From Pirellulales bacterium (lineage in GTDB: Bacteria > Planctomycetota > Planctomycetia > Pirellulales > PALSA-1355): 64,000 nucleotides of DNA. A program made the position numbers and the translations under genes. The notes below the pieces were generated by a model. It was not told the origin of the DNA and searched no databases. It saw nothing but the letters and a program-made list of their open reading frames with translations. This document shows, piece after piece, positions 1 through 10,172 of the stretch (its first letter is position 1; each line of letters begins with the position of its first letter). The stretch covers positions 258,483 to 322,482 of the forward strand of contig CAVTBU010000005.1 in the NCBI GenBank assembly GCA_963733035.1, written 5' to 3'.

Positions 1-131
1 TTATCGGAACCGCGCAGTTGGAACTTCTCACAAAACCAGAAAAGTTCCCCCAAGCCACCGGGCTTTAAAGTGCTGGCAACGCCAGCGGCGCAACCGGGGC
101 ATTGTGAACTTCGCCCCTTGCAGCGGGCCAT

Positions 132-1280
132 CTACCTCGCCCGGGCCAGCGCCTGATCCAAGTCGTCGCGCAGGTCTTCGAATGCTTCGAGCCCAACCGA
201 CGCGCGAATCAGGCCATCCGTGATCCCGTTTGCCAGGCGATCTTCGCGCTGATAGCTGGCATGCGACATCGATGCTGGCTGCTCGATCAGCGACTCGACC
301 GCCCCTAGGCTGACGGCCAGGCTAAACAGCCTCGTCGATTCGACGACTCGCTTGGCTGCCGAAAAGTCTCCGACGATCTCGAAACTCAACATGGCGCCAA
401 ACGCCCCGTCCATTTGCCGCCGGGCGATCTCGTGTCCGGGATGGTCGGGCCGGCCCGGGTAGTTGACCCTGGCGATTCGTGAATCGGCCGCCAGCCAATC
501 AGCAAGTTGGGACGCGATACGAGACTGTTCGCGGATACGCAATTCCAGCGTTTTTAGTCCCCGCGAACAGAGATACGATTCCAAGGGGCCCATGACCGGA
601 CCCGTGGCATTCTGCACGAAGTACAGACGGTCAAAGAGTTCCTTGTCCTTGACGACGAGGGCTCCACCGAGCACGTCACTGTGGCCGCCAATGTATTTGG
701 TGGCCGAGTGCATCACGATGTCAGCCCCCAGTTCCAAGGGGCGGGTAAGCGCCGGCGTGGCGAACGTATTGTCCACGGCCAGCAGCGCGCCATGCCGCCG
801 GGCGATCTCGGCGGAGGCCGCGATGTCGGTGATCGACATCAGCGGGTTCCCAGGCGATTCGATCCATATCAGCTTCGTTTGGGGCGTGATAGCGGCTTCA
901 ACCGCTTGCAAATCGCCGGTACGTACGAGCGCTACTTCAACACCGAATCGATCCAGCACTTTATGCAGTAGCCGGTAGGTGCCACCATAGATGTCGCTAC
1001 CGGCGACGATGTGGTCGCCGCTCGAGAGACTCATCACCGCGCAAGTCGTGGCAGCCATGCCCGAGGCAAACGCCAGCGCGTGCTTGCCGCCTTCCAGTGC
1101 CGCCAGAGTTTGTTCGAATGCCTTGCGGGTCGGATTCCCGCTCCGCGAGTAATCGAACTCCTGTGGTTCGCCGGCCTTTGCCTGCACATATGTGGCGGCA
1201 AGGTGAATCGGCCTGACGACGGCGCCAGTTTTCGGCTCGGGCTCACTACCGACGTGAATCGCGCGCGTACGAAATTGCAT
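132..1280 (-). CDS. PLP-dependent trans-sulfuration enzyme (cystathionine gamma-synthase / beta-lyase / gamma-lyase family)
   Basis: 382-aa ORF resembling Cys/Met-metabolism PLP enzymes along its full length. Carries the PLP-lysine motif 'HSATKYIGGHSD'. It lies only 60 nt downstream of a paralog on the same strand, so it is probably co-transcribed. The exact reaction (MetB/MetC/MetZ-like) cannot be assigned by eye. Confidence 0.9.
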   Translation of the reverse strand: MQFRTRAIHVGSEPEPKTGAVVRPIHLAATYVQAKAGEPQEFDYSRSGNPTRKAFEQTLAALEGGKHALAFASGMAATTCAVMSLSSGDHIVAGSDIYGGTYRLLHKVLDRFGVEVALVRTGDLQAVEAAITPQTKLIWIESPGNPLMSITDIAASAEIARRHGALLAVDNTFATPALTRPLELGADIVMHSATKYIGGHSDVLGGALVVKDKELFDRLYFVQNATGPVMGPLESYLCSRGLKTLELRIREQSRIASQLADWLAADSRIARVNYPGRPDHPGHEIARRQMDGAFGAMLSFEIVGDFSAAKRVVESTRLFSLAVSLGAVESLIEQPASMSHASYQREDRLANGITDGLIRASVGLEAFEDLRDDLDQALARAR

Positions 1281-1340
1281 GAAAACTTCCCGCTTGATTC
1301 CTAAACAAAAATTCCGGTTGGCTCTCGACTGCGTCCGGCG

Positions 1341-2546
1341 CTAGCCGTCGAGCGCCTGCTTGAGATCAGCCACCAGATCCTCGGAATTCTCGATCCCGCA
1401 GGAAAGCCGGATCATGTTGTCGGGAATTCCGAATCGCTTGCGCTCCTCGGGCGGAACCTCATAATAGCTCATCACCAGCGGCTGTTCGATAAGCGACTCG
1501 ACGCCGCCCAGGCTGGGAGCGATCCGCGGAATCCTCACCGCGTCGACCACGGCCGCGGTCTGCCGCCAATCGGCGTCCTTGACCAAGAAGGTGACCAGGC
1601 CACCGAAGCCGCGCATGGTACGCTTGGCAACCTCGTAGTATGGGTGCGAAGGGAGTCCCGGATAGTAGACCCGCTCGATGCGCGGATGCGAGTCGAGAAA
1701 CTCGGCCACGGCCTGACCGTTGGCATTGTGCCGTTGCATCCGAAGTTCGAAAGTCTTTAAACCCCGCTCGAGCAAGTAGACGTTGTGGGGCCCGTTGACC
1801 GCGCCGGTGATACCGCGGAGTTTCCGCACGGGCTCTAGCTTTTCGCTGGAACCAACGATCACGCCGGCCAGAAGATCGTTGTGTCCACCCAGGTATTTCG
1901 TAGCTGAATGCAACACATAGTCGATGCCGGCGGCGATCGGCTGCACGTTATAAGGCGTGCCGAGCGTGGCGTCGATAAGCGTTTCCACCCCGTGCTTTTC
2001 ACCTAATGCGGCGAAGCGTTCCAGATCGACCACGCTCAAATGCGGATTGGTCGGCGATTCACTCACGAGCAACCGGGTTTTTTTGTTGATGGCGGCTTCC
2101 ATCGCGGCATAGTCGCCGGCCGGTACCTCGCGGGTTTTCACGCCGAACCGCGAGAGATGCTTGGAACAGAATTCGCGCGTGCGGTGGTAACACTCGTTGA
2201 AGAAGACGACTTCGTCGCCGGCGTTGAGCTTGGCCAATAACAAGCCCACCACGGCTGCCATGCCGCTTGAGAATAACACGGCTACTTCTCCCCCTTCCAG
2301 CGCGGCCAGTTTGCGTTCGACAACGCGTTCGCTGGGGTTGCCGTAGCGACCGTACTCCTCGCGCGGCTCCTTTTGCTCGATGAATTGAATCACCGCAGCC
2401 GTGCTGGGAAAGGTAAAGGTCGAGGCGCAAAAAATCGGGTCAGTAATCGAGTGGGCAACTTTCTGACGATCTTCGCCGGCGTGTACTGCCAAGGTGGAGC
2501 CACCGGCTGGATCGCATGCAAGTGTCTGTTGGTCTTTTTCGCTCAT
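1341..2546 (-). CDS. PLP-dependent trans-sulfuration enzyme, second paralog (cystathionine gamma-synthase/O-acylhomoserine lyase-like)
   Basis: The ORF track gives 1341..2729, but the first 61 codons are an Arg-rich translation of a structured leader. Family-like sequence begins at M62 (ATG at 2546, 'MSEKDQQTLA...'). PLP-lysine motif 'HSATKYLGGHND'. Confidence 0.85.
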   Translation of the reverse strand: MSEKDQQTLACDPAGGSTLAVHAGEDRQKVAHSITDPIFCASTFTFPSTAAVIQFIEQKEPREEYGRYGNPSERVVERKLAALEGGEVAVLFSSGMAAVVGLLLAKLNAGDEVVFFNECYHRTREFCSKHLSRFGVKTREVPAGDYAAMEAAINKKTRLLVSESPTNPHLSVVDLERFAALGEKHGVETLIDATLGTPYNVQPIAAGIDYVLHSATKYLGGHNDLLAGVIVGSSEKLEPVRKLRGITGAVNGPHNVYLLERGLKTFELRMQRHNANGQAVAEFLDSHPRIERVYYPGLPSHPYYEVAKRTMRGFGGLVTFLVKDADWRQTAAVVDAVRIPRIAPSLGGVESLIEQPLVMSYYEVPPEERKRFGIPDNMIRLSCGIENSEDLVADLKQALDG

Positions 2547-2690
2547 GGCGCCTGAAGGTGCCTTTCTGAAACGGACGGTTCGCGCAAAACGGACACGAGA
2601 CCCACGCGCCGACACGACGTGGCGAAGGAAACCTCGCCGCAACCAGACCAACCGCGACCTCACACGCAGCGGGCGAACAGGTCGGGCAAC

Positions 2691-2725
2691 AAAAAAGCCG
2701 CGACCCTGCCCCACGCAGTCGCGGC
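2691..2725 (-). terminator. Rho-independent terminator-like hairpin inside the leader of the trans-sulfuration operon
   Basis: Minus strand reads GCCGCGAC-(13 nt loop)-GTCGCGGC followed directly by TTTTTTG. The stems are 2718-2725 and 2697-2704 and the T-run is 2691-2696. It lies about 145 nt upstream of ATG 2546, and no credible gene sits upstream on that strand. Confidence 0.6.
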
Positions 2726-2823
2726 TCACTTGTTCAAAGTTGAGATCGTCCTACCGATGGATATCGGCGAGGGCGATGGCACTTTAGCAGTCAGGCTGCA
2801 AGCGGCCGCAAATCCCAGGCGGT

Positions 2824-2852
2824 ATTCTATCGTCTCTGGCCGAACACCGCAA
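2824..2852 (-). promoter_or_regulatory. sigma70-like promoter hexamers TTGCGG-N17-TAGAAT (candidate)
   Basis: On the minus strand, TTGCGG (2847-2852) and TAGAAT (2824-2829) are separated by exactly 17 nt. A transcript from here would run about 125 nt to the terminator at 2691-2725. This is pattern match only, and Planctomycete promoter rules are poorly known. Confidence 0.3.
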
Positions 2853-2991
2853 GCTGCGCGTGGGTGCGGACGCCGCAGACCGTGTGAATAGCCGAGGACG
2901 GCCAAGCCGAACTGGACTCCCGGAACTCCTCGCCAGTACAATAGAGGTAATGGCTCCAGGCTTTCAGGCGGCCTGAGGGAGGCTTCTGTCG

Positions 2992-4164
2992 ATGCAATTT
3001 CGAGGAACATTCGGTCTCGCGGCGGTCGCCGTTTTCTTTCTGGGCAATTCTCCAGCCCTTGGCGGTAATCCACCGCCAGTAGCCCAGGCGGTTCCGCCGG
3101 CGGTCTCACCCCAAATGATCGACTCCCTCGTACGCGACCTTGGCTCCGGCAAGTTCTCCACCCGCGAGCAGGCCACTCGCAATTTGATCCATCTGGGAAT
3201 TGCGACTCATGACGCCCTTGAGCGAGCGTTAAAATCGCCCGATGCCGAGGTGCGTCTGCGTGCCCGTTCCATTTTGACAACGGTCATCGAGTCAGATTTT
3301 CAACAGCGGCTGGAAGCTTTTGCCGCCGACTTCGACGGCAGCCAGAGCACGGCCTTACCGGGTTGGGAACGGTTCTCGGCCGAATTCGGCAACAGCCGCC
3401 TAGCGCGGCAGTTGTTCGTCGAAATGCAGCGTGCCGAACCAGACCTGCTCGAAGCGTTCGCCGAAAGTCCGCTGGCGGGCAGCGCGGCCATCAACGAGCG
3501 AACTCGCCAGATCCTCGACGGCCAGCGTGAGTCGCTGATGCACCTGGGAACGTTGGCCAGCCTGCTGTTTGTTGCCGGAGCCGACGACATCCGAGTGGAC
3601 GAGGACGGTTGTCTACACATCTTTCCATTCGTTGTGCAGTCGACTTACCACCGCAACCACAACTCACCCGAATGGCCGACGATCCTGAAGAAACTGGTTG
3701 GGCGGTGGATTGCCAAGGACACGACCCCGTCGATGACCAATCAGAATCTCACGCTTGCCGCACAGCTCGAGTTGAAAGATGAAACGCTCGCGATCGCGAC
3801 CCGTGTGCTGGGCGAAAAGGAGAGCGCGTTGGCCTCGCGGCAGATTTCGATCCTGATGATCGGGCGTTTTGGCGACCGCGACGACCTGGGACGCATCGAG
3901 CCGCTGTTGGAAGACTCCACCAGTTGTGGCATGGTGCAGATTGACGATCCGCCACGCCAGGTGGAACTGCAGATCCGTGACATCGCGCTGGCCGCCATGC
4001 TCCACATGACCGGCCAGGATCTACGCGAATATGGCTACCGCAACGTGCAGGAGTTTGGCCCCACGGTGTTTCAAATCGGTACGCTGGGCTTCAGCGATGC
4101 CGAGGCTCGCGACGCGGCACTCAAGAAGTGGACCGCCTGGCGAACGGCGCATCCCGCGTCCTGA
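2992..4164 (+). CDS. secreted hypothetical protein with HEAT/PBS-lyase-like repeat
   Basis: 390-aa ORF with an N-terminal signal-like segment 'GLAAVAVFFLGNSPALG'. The segment 'TREQATRNLIHLGIATHDALERALKSPDAEVRLRARSIL' looks like a HEAT-type repeat. No specific family recognised. Confidence 0.7.
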   Translation: MQFRGTFGLAAVAVFFLGNSPALGGNPPPVAQAVPPAVSPQMIDSLVRDLGSGKFSTREQATRNLIHLGIATHDALERALKSPDAEVRLRARSILTTVIESDFQQRLEAFAADFDGSQSTALPGWERFSAEFGNSRLARQLFVEMQRAEPDLLEAFAESPLAGSAAINERTRQILDGQRESLMHLGTLASLLFVAGADDIRVDEDGCLHIFPFVVQSTYHRNHNSPEWPTILKKLVGRWIAKDTTPSMTNQNLTLAAQLELKDETLAIATRVLGEKESALASRQISILMIGRFGDRDDLGRIEPLLEDSTSCGMVQIDDPPRQVELQIRDIALAAMLHMTGQDLREYGYRNVQEFGPTVFQIGTLGFSDAEARDAALKKWTAWRTAHPAS

Positions 4165-4349
4165 ACCGTTCGACGAACGTGGCTACCAGGCTTGCTAGCA
4201 GCCGGCGCGGCAATCGCATTGCCGAACTCGCTGGACATCGTAGTTTCTCTTGACGCACCGGTCGATTTCTCCGACCATTCCGCCCCTGCCCTAACGTTCC
4301 CACCGCGGCAACTGGGCCGCGCGAAGGTCCCCGCAATAGGTTCCACACC

Positions 4350-4980
4350 ATGACGTTCGAATATTCGTCACGCTGCCGTGATTCGGTTCTGCTATTCGTC
4401 ATTGCCATCACCATTTTCGCCAGCGGCTGCAACTCGCCCTATCGTTCGGATCAGGGCGCTCTGGTCGGCGGATTGACCGGAGCCGGGCTGGGTGCCCTTG
4501 TCGGAAACGCGGTGGGCAACACCGGGGCTGGCGCGGCCGTGGGTGCGGGGGTTGGAGGCGCTCAGCGGCGCTGCGGTCGGCGGCAGTCTCGATGAGATTG
4601 AAGCTCGCAACCGCGCGGAAATCGAAGCTCGCCTGGGACGTCCGGTCGCTGGCGCGGTCTCGATCAACGACGTCGTGGCGATGACCCGCGCCGGTGTTTC
4701 GGAAGAGGTGATGATAACGCACATCCAAACACATGGCATGGCCGCGCCGCTGCAAGCTCCGGACCTGATTCTGCTGCAACAACAAGGCATCAGTCCACGA
4801 GTCGTACAAGCCATGCAGGCGCCGCCGCCGGCAGCAGCATCTGCGGCCTACGGGGCGCCCGTTTTAGTGGAACAGCCCTACATTGTGCCGGCGCCGATGT
4901 ATTATCCTCCGCCGTATTACTACCGACCCTATCCACGACGCGGCTTCGGTTGGGGTGTTGGCTTCGGCGGACCGCTGTAA
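4350..4980 (+). pseudogene. glycine-zipper lipoprotein with Pro/Tyr-rich C-terminus; frame broken at the G5 run 4547-4551 (or assembly indel)
   Basis: Fragment 1 (4350..4595, frame 0) has a lipobox 'IFASGC' and a glycine zipper 'GGLTGAGLGALVGNAVGNTGAGAAVGAG'. Fragment 2 (4492..4980, frame 1) continues 'LEALSGAAVGGSLDEIEARNRAEIEARL...'. Removing one G from GGGGG (4547-4551) joins them seamlessly. Confidence 0.6.
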
Positions 4981-5233
4981 TCGTCCCTTGAAAACTGCCA
5001 ACGCGGCCTACGTCAATCAGGCCCGTGCAACTCTCTGCAGGAAAACGAAGAACTACGCCCCGCGCGGCCATTTCGCCATTGCATCCATGCGACGGAACCG
5101 CAGGCCGAATTCTTCAAGGCGCCGAGCGGTTGTGACCATCTCGGCATGTGGCTAGCATGAATGTGTGACTGGTCGTCGCCGTGCGTCACGGTCGCTCCGC
5201 GCACTTACATGCCCTGTTTGCGAGTTCTTGCCG

Positions 5234-8200
5234 ATGCCACGTTCGCTCTTTAGTTTCGTCTTGGGATCGTTCATTGCGCTCGCCAGTGCACACGGCGAAG
5301 ACCTTGGCGTGCGCGTGCCCGAGGGATTTGACGTCGCGCTCTATGCCGACGACACCTTGGCCCACGACATCTATTGCATGACGGTCGACGCCCACGGTCG
5401 CGTGGTGGTGGCCGGCGCTGGTTACGTCAAGATCTTGCACGATTCTGACGGCGACGGACGAGCTGACCGCAGCACGCTCTACTCAGAATTGCCTGAGAGC
5501 GGCGCGCACGGGATGTACTTCGACGGCCCCGATCTAATCTGTACCGGCGACAACGGCCTGCTGCGAATGCGCGACCAGGATGACAACGGTGTCGCTGACG
5601 GTCCGCCTGAAGTTTGGGCCCGCCTGCGTCATCCCGAGCACGGCGCCAACGGCGTCATCCGCGGGCCGGACGGCTGCTACTACCTGATCTGCGGCAACGA
5701 CGCCGGGATTTCAACCGAGCACGTCGCCACCGCGACTTCCCCGGTGAAACATCCGCGCTCTGGCGGCGTGGTTCGATTCTCGGCCGAGGGGCAAGTGCTC
5801 GACGTCTACGCGCACGGTTTCCGCAATCCCTACGACCTCGACATCGACGCCCAAGGGCACGTGCTGACGGTCGACTCGGACGGCGAGCGCGATCATCACC
5901 TGCCGTGGTACGCTCCGACTCGGCTATTCGACGTGGCGCAGGGCCAGGAGCACGGTTGGCTGCTCAAAGGCTGGACCCAGTCATGGAACCGGCCCGAATC
6001 GTTCTTCGACAACGTTGAACGTGCCGCCGAAATCGGCCGCGGCTCGCCTACCGGCTTGGCCGTGTACCGTCATCGACAGTTCCCGGAACACTATCATGGC
6101 GGCGTGTTTTCCGCGTGCTGGACGTTCGGCCGCGTATATTACTTTCCGTTGCAGGCTGACGGGGCCTCGTGTGGTGCATCGCTTGAAACGTTCATGGAAA
6201 CGACGGGCGACGTCGGATTCGCGCCGTGCGATCTGGCGGTTGGGCCCGACGGAGACCTGTTCGTCGCCATCGGTGGCCGGCGCACGCGGGGCAGCGTGTT
6301 TCGCGTGAGCTATCGGGGCAGCAAAGTCGAGCCGACGAGCGGCGATCCGTTAACGGGTGTACTAACGGCCGATCAGCCGCTGTCGAGTTGGTCGCGGAAT
6401 CACTGGGTGCCAGCCGCGCACGAACTGGGCTACGACGCGTTCGCCGAAGCCCTCTGCGATGAGCAATTGCAAAGCGCATCGCGCATGCGCGCCGCCGAAG
6501 TTCTGGTGGAGGTCTACGGCGGGCTCGATCCTCAAACGGCGGCGACTGCCGCCGGTGCGAAAGACGACTGGGTGCGAGCCAGAGTCGCTTGGGCGATCGG
6601 GAGGGGGCCGTTTTCGGCCAACATGGCACAGTTGGTGGCGGGACTGACCGACGACGAATCGCCCTGGGCACAACGCGCAGCCTGGGAAACGCTGGCAACA
6701 TTTCCGAAGATCGCCCCCGATTGGACGACTCAGCCCGCCTGGGCTCGCGGCTTGAATCAACCGTTACGCCGCATTCGGGCAGCGGCGATCGACGTCGCGC
6801 GTGGCGTGGGCGCGGCGAGCTATCAGGAGTTTGCCTCTCGTATACGAATCGGTTCCGATGCGACACGCTTGCGACTAGCCGAGCTTTGGATAGGCCTTTC
6901 CAAAGGCGCCGAAATTACGTTGCCGTCGTTTGAAGCGGACCAACTGACGTTCTGTGCAAATGTCGTTGCCGATCCGCAGGCGGAATTGCCGCTTCGACTC
7001 GAAGCCGTGCGGCTATTGCAAATCCGCTTGGGGGACGTCCGCTTGCCGGATGGTCAGGCTGAAGTCTATGGTGGTTATGTCGCCAATGCGGCCAACGCAC
7101 TCGCTTCATCCCATCACCACAGGTTGGTCGCTCGCGTAGCTGGGACATTTCCCAGTGGCGAAGCCGAACTGGACCGGGAATTGGCCCGGCTCCTCGGCAT
7201 GCTGGCCGCCGAACAGGACGGGCTACTTCCGGCGATCGCCGCGAAGTGGACGACCGACAGCTCGGTGGAAGACGACGTGCACTATCTGATCGTCGCGTCG
7301 CTCCTTCCCGACCATCGCGACAGGGCATTTACAGACGCCACGACAAACTGCCTGCTGAGCCTGAATTCGAAGCTCGCGGCGGCCGGACAATTTGCAAGCC
7401 GCAATTGGCCGTTTCGCGTCGCCGAAACATTCGAGCGACTCTGTCGTCGCGATCCGCTGCTCGCGCAAAGTGTGGCTACCAGCAAACGATTGAATAACGT
7501 CGAACATGCTCTGTTCATCGAGGACCTGCCGCCGGAAATTCGGGACGCCGCGACTCGCACGTTGTGGGCCGCCACGCTTCAGGCACAGCGCGAACCGACT
7601 GCGGAAATGGTTGCCCTCGCCGGACGCCTGTCAGACGACGAAGCGGCCGCGCTATTGCGACCACAGTGGGAACTCGGCGCCTGCGCGACTCGATCATTCT
7701 AGTGCTGGCCAAGAATCCTCAAGCGGCCGATCGAGAGAAGTTCATCGCGTCGCTCGCGTCACCCCAGCCAGCAGTGGTCGAGCAAGTGGCCCACGCGCTG
7801 GTTGCGCTGGGCATCCGGAACACTCCCGAGGAAATGGCCGCGGCGCTTCGTGCCCTGAAGCAGTCCTGTTCGCTCGACAAGCAAATGGAACCGCGGACTT
7901 CCTTGATACGACTACTGGAATTCTGGACCGAGGACGGCGCTGATGTGGATTGGGATCCAGATCCTGCCCGGCTTTGGCAGGGCTGGTATCAGTTATTTGC
8001 CGAGTATTATCCGGCCGAGTACGCCAACTTGAATGCCACCAGCGGAACCGACGTCACCAGTTGGCGGAAGCGATTGGCGGCGGTTGATTGGGGTTCTGGC
8101 GACGTTCGCGCCGGCCGCCGCGTGTTTGAGCTTCGCTCCTGCCATCGCTGTCACCAGGTGAGCGGCCACTTGGGACCCGAACTGCGAGGCGCGGTGTCGC

Positions 8201-8505
8201 GAATGTCGCGCGACGATCTCTTCACAGCCATCATTGATCCCAATCTCGAAGTCTCACCTGCCTACTTCACCACGCTTATCGCCACAAAGTCCGGACAGGT
8301 GTATCATGGGCTTGTTGTCTACGAATCGCCCGAAAGCACGTTGCTGCAAACGGGGCCGGATATCACGGTCCGGATCACCAACACGGAAACCGAATCGATG
8401 CGTCCCAGCAACCAGTCATTGATGCCAACGGGCCTGTTGGACTCGCTCTCCGACGAACAATTGGCCGACTTGCATGCCTATTTAAAATCGCTGGCGACGG
8501 ATTGA
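5234..8505 (+). pseudogene. PVC-type membrane-bound-dehydrogenase-domain / HEAT / CxxCH heme-binding protein; frame broken near 7675-7685 (or assembly indel)
   Basis: ORFs 5165..7702 (frame 2) and 7564..8505 (frame 1) together reproduce the architecture of the intact 1145-aa paralog at 43945..47382. The parts are a signal peptide 'MPRSLFSFVLGSFIALASAHG' (start moved to ATG 5234), a 'DSDGDGRAD' propeller region, HEAT-like repeats, and a C-terminal cytochrome c domain 'CHRCHQV...SLMP'. One extra C in 'ggcgcctgcgc' would give '...PQWELGALRDSIILVLAKNP'. Confidence 0.8.
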
Positions 8506-8555
8506 GCGACTCCGGGTGAGAATCCTCTCCCCCAATAAACGGGTGGAACCCAATC

Positions 8556-10172
8556 ATGAACGACGAAATTCCACATGTGTCCCCAGAGGCCTCCCCTGCG
8601 GACGCGCCACGTTGGGCTCGCACGCGCCGCTGGTTGTCGCTGGGCATTATCGTCCTGGAAGCCATGGGTCTGGGAGCCGCGCAGTACCTCGAAAACGCGG
8701 AGATCGTGCCACCGGCCGAGGCGTTCCTCACAAAATTCTCGATCGTCGGCCTGGGAACGATTCTGATCTTTCTCTGGTTCGTGTTTCTGGCGCCGGCGGC
8801 ACCAACGCTTCGTCGCCGCGTCGGTGTCATTGGGATAGTGCTGCTGTTGGTCATCGCCGCGACGGTCCGCGTGCAAGGCGTCACCGGCGACATTCACTTT
8901 CGTCTGAAGTGGGCCTGGTCACCGGCAATCGACGAGACGCTGCCAGACGCCGCCAGCGAGGTCGCCAAGAATTCGGACGTGAACTTGCTAGAAACCACGC
9001 AGCATGACTGGCCGCAGTTTCTCGGGCCGAATCGTCTGGCATCGTTGCCCGACGCGAACCTGGCGCACGACTGGTCCGAATCCAAGCCAAAGCTTCTCTG
9101 GCGCGAGCCGATCGGTGCCGGCTGGTCGAGCGTTGCGATCGTCGGCCACTACGGCGTAACGCAAGAGCAGCGCGGCGAAGAAGAACTCGTCACGTGCTAC
9201 GACTTGGACAACGGCAAGCTGCAGTGGGCGCATGCCACACCAGTCCGTTTTCACGAGGTGATTGCTGGCATCGGACCGCGTGCCACACCCACGATTGACG
9301 AGGGCAAGGTTTATGCCCTGGGAGCGCTCGGTAACCTGGTGTGCCTCGACGGCGCCACGGGGAAACTTATCTGGCAGCACGACATCGTCAACGAGAATGG
9401 CGCCAAGCAGCCTCAGTGGGGCAAAAGCTGTTCGCCGCTGATCTACAACGACTTGGTCATCGTCAGCGCAGGTGGCCCAGGAGGGAAGTCGCTTGTCGCC
9501 TACAACAAAGATGACGGTAAACTGGTTTGGAGCGCCGGTGACGACGCATCATCCTACGCCTCACCCACGCTGATGACGCTCTGCGGCCAGCCGCAGATCG
9601 TGATGGTCAACCAGACAATGACCAGTGGTCACGACCCGTCCGACGGGCACATTCTCTGGGAACACGTTTGGCCGGAACAAGGCATCGCGTCACCCAACGT
9701 CGCGCAACCGATCGCGGTTGGCGATGATCGGATCCTGCTCACCAAAGGCTACGGCGTCGGCAGCACGTTGTGGCAGATCAAGCGCAATGGTGACGCCTGG
9801 TCGGTTGAAGCGCTGTGGAAGACCAACAATCTCAAGACCAAGATGACCAACGCGGTCATCCGCGACGGTTACGCGTACGGTCTCGACGAGGGGACACTCT
9901 GCTGCATCGACGTCGCCACGGGTAAGAAGAAGTGGAAGCGATCGCGATTCGGTCACGGGCAAGTGCTGCTGGTGGGCGATTTGCTGCTCGTGCAATCCGA
10001 GGATGGCCAAGTCGCGCTGGTCGAGGCCTCGCCCAAAAAGTACACCGAGCTCACGCGCCTAGCCGTGGTCGACGGCCAAAGCTGGAACTATCCGGCACTG
10101 AGCGGCCGAAGGCTGGTCGTGCGCACCGAACGGGAAGTCGCCTGCTACGAATTGCCGGCCGCTTCGCTCTGA
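8556..10172 (+). CDS. PQQ-like beta-propeller repeat protein with N-terminal membrane anchor
   Basis: 538 aa with three hydrophobic N-terminal segments followed by 'HFRLKWAWSP'. Contains repeated PQQ-like blades (e.g. 'GKVYALGALGNLVCLDGATGKLIWQ', 'GYAYGLDEGTLCCIDVATGKKKW'). It starts 50 nt after the PVC heme gene. The last 28 nt overlap the convergent gene at 10145. Confidence 0.85.
   Translation: MNDEIPHVSPEASPADAPRWARTRRWLSLGIIVLEAMGLGAAQYLENAEIVPPAEAFLTKFSIVGLGTILIFLWFVFLAPAAPTLRRRVGVIGIVLLLVIAATVRVQGVTGDIHFRLKWAWSPAIDETLPDAASEVAKNSDVNLLETTQHDWPQFLGPNRLASLPDANLAHDWSESKPKLLWREPIGAGWSSVAIVGHYGVTQEQRGEEELVTCYDLDNGKLQWAHATPVRFHEVIAGIGPRATPTIDEGKVYALGALGNLVCLDGATGKLIWQHDIVNENGAKQPQWGKSCSPLIYNDLVIVSAGGPGGKSLVAYNKDDGKLVWSAGDDASSYASPTLMTLCGQPQIVMVNQTMTSGHDPSDGHILWEHVWPEQGIASPNVAQPIAVGDDRILLTKGYGVGSTLWQIKRNGDAWSVEALWKTNNLKTKMTNAVIRDGYAYGLDEGTLCCIDVATGKKKWKRSRFGHGQVLLVGDLLLVQSEDGQVALVEASPKKYTELTRLAVVDGQSWNYPALSGRRLVVRTEREVACYELPAASL

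Noticed and set aside
2547-2729. 61-codon N-terminal extension of the second PLP enzyme as given in the ORF track
   Set aside because: The extension is extremely Arg-rich and overlaps a terminator hairpin. Family-conserved sequence starts only after M62, so the stretch is treated as leader RNA instead.
2700-2860. Partial resemblance of 'CUAAAGUGCCAUCGCC' to the 3' part of the S-box (SAM-I) consensus
   Set aside because: The defining S-box cores (GAGGGA, GCAACC, the AUC/GAU P1 pairing) are absent. The element is therefore not called as SAM-I and is kept only as an unclassified leader candidate.
2726-3280. 184-aa minus-strand ORF ending exactly at the terminator hairpin
   Set aside because: It overlaps the start of the plus-strand gene at 2992, has an implausible composition, and uses weak codons (CTA, TTA, ATA, AGG) in its only non-overlapping part.
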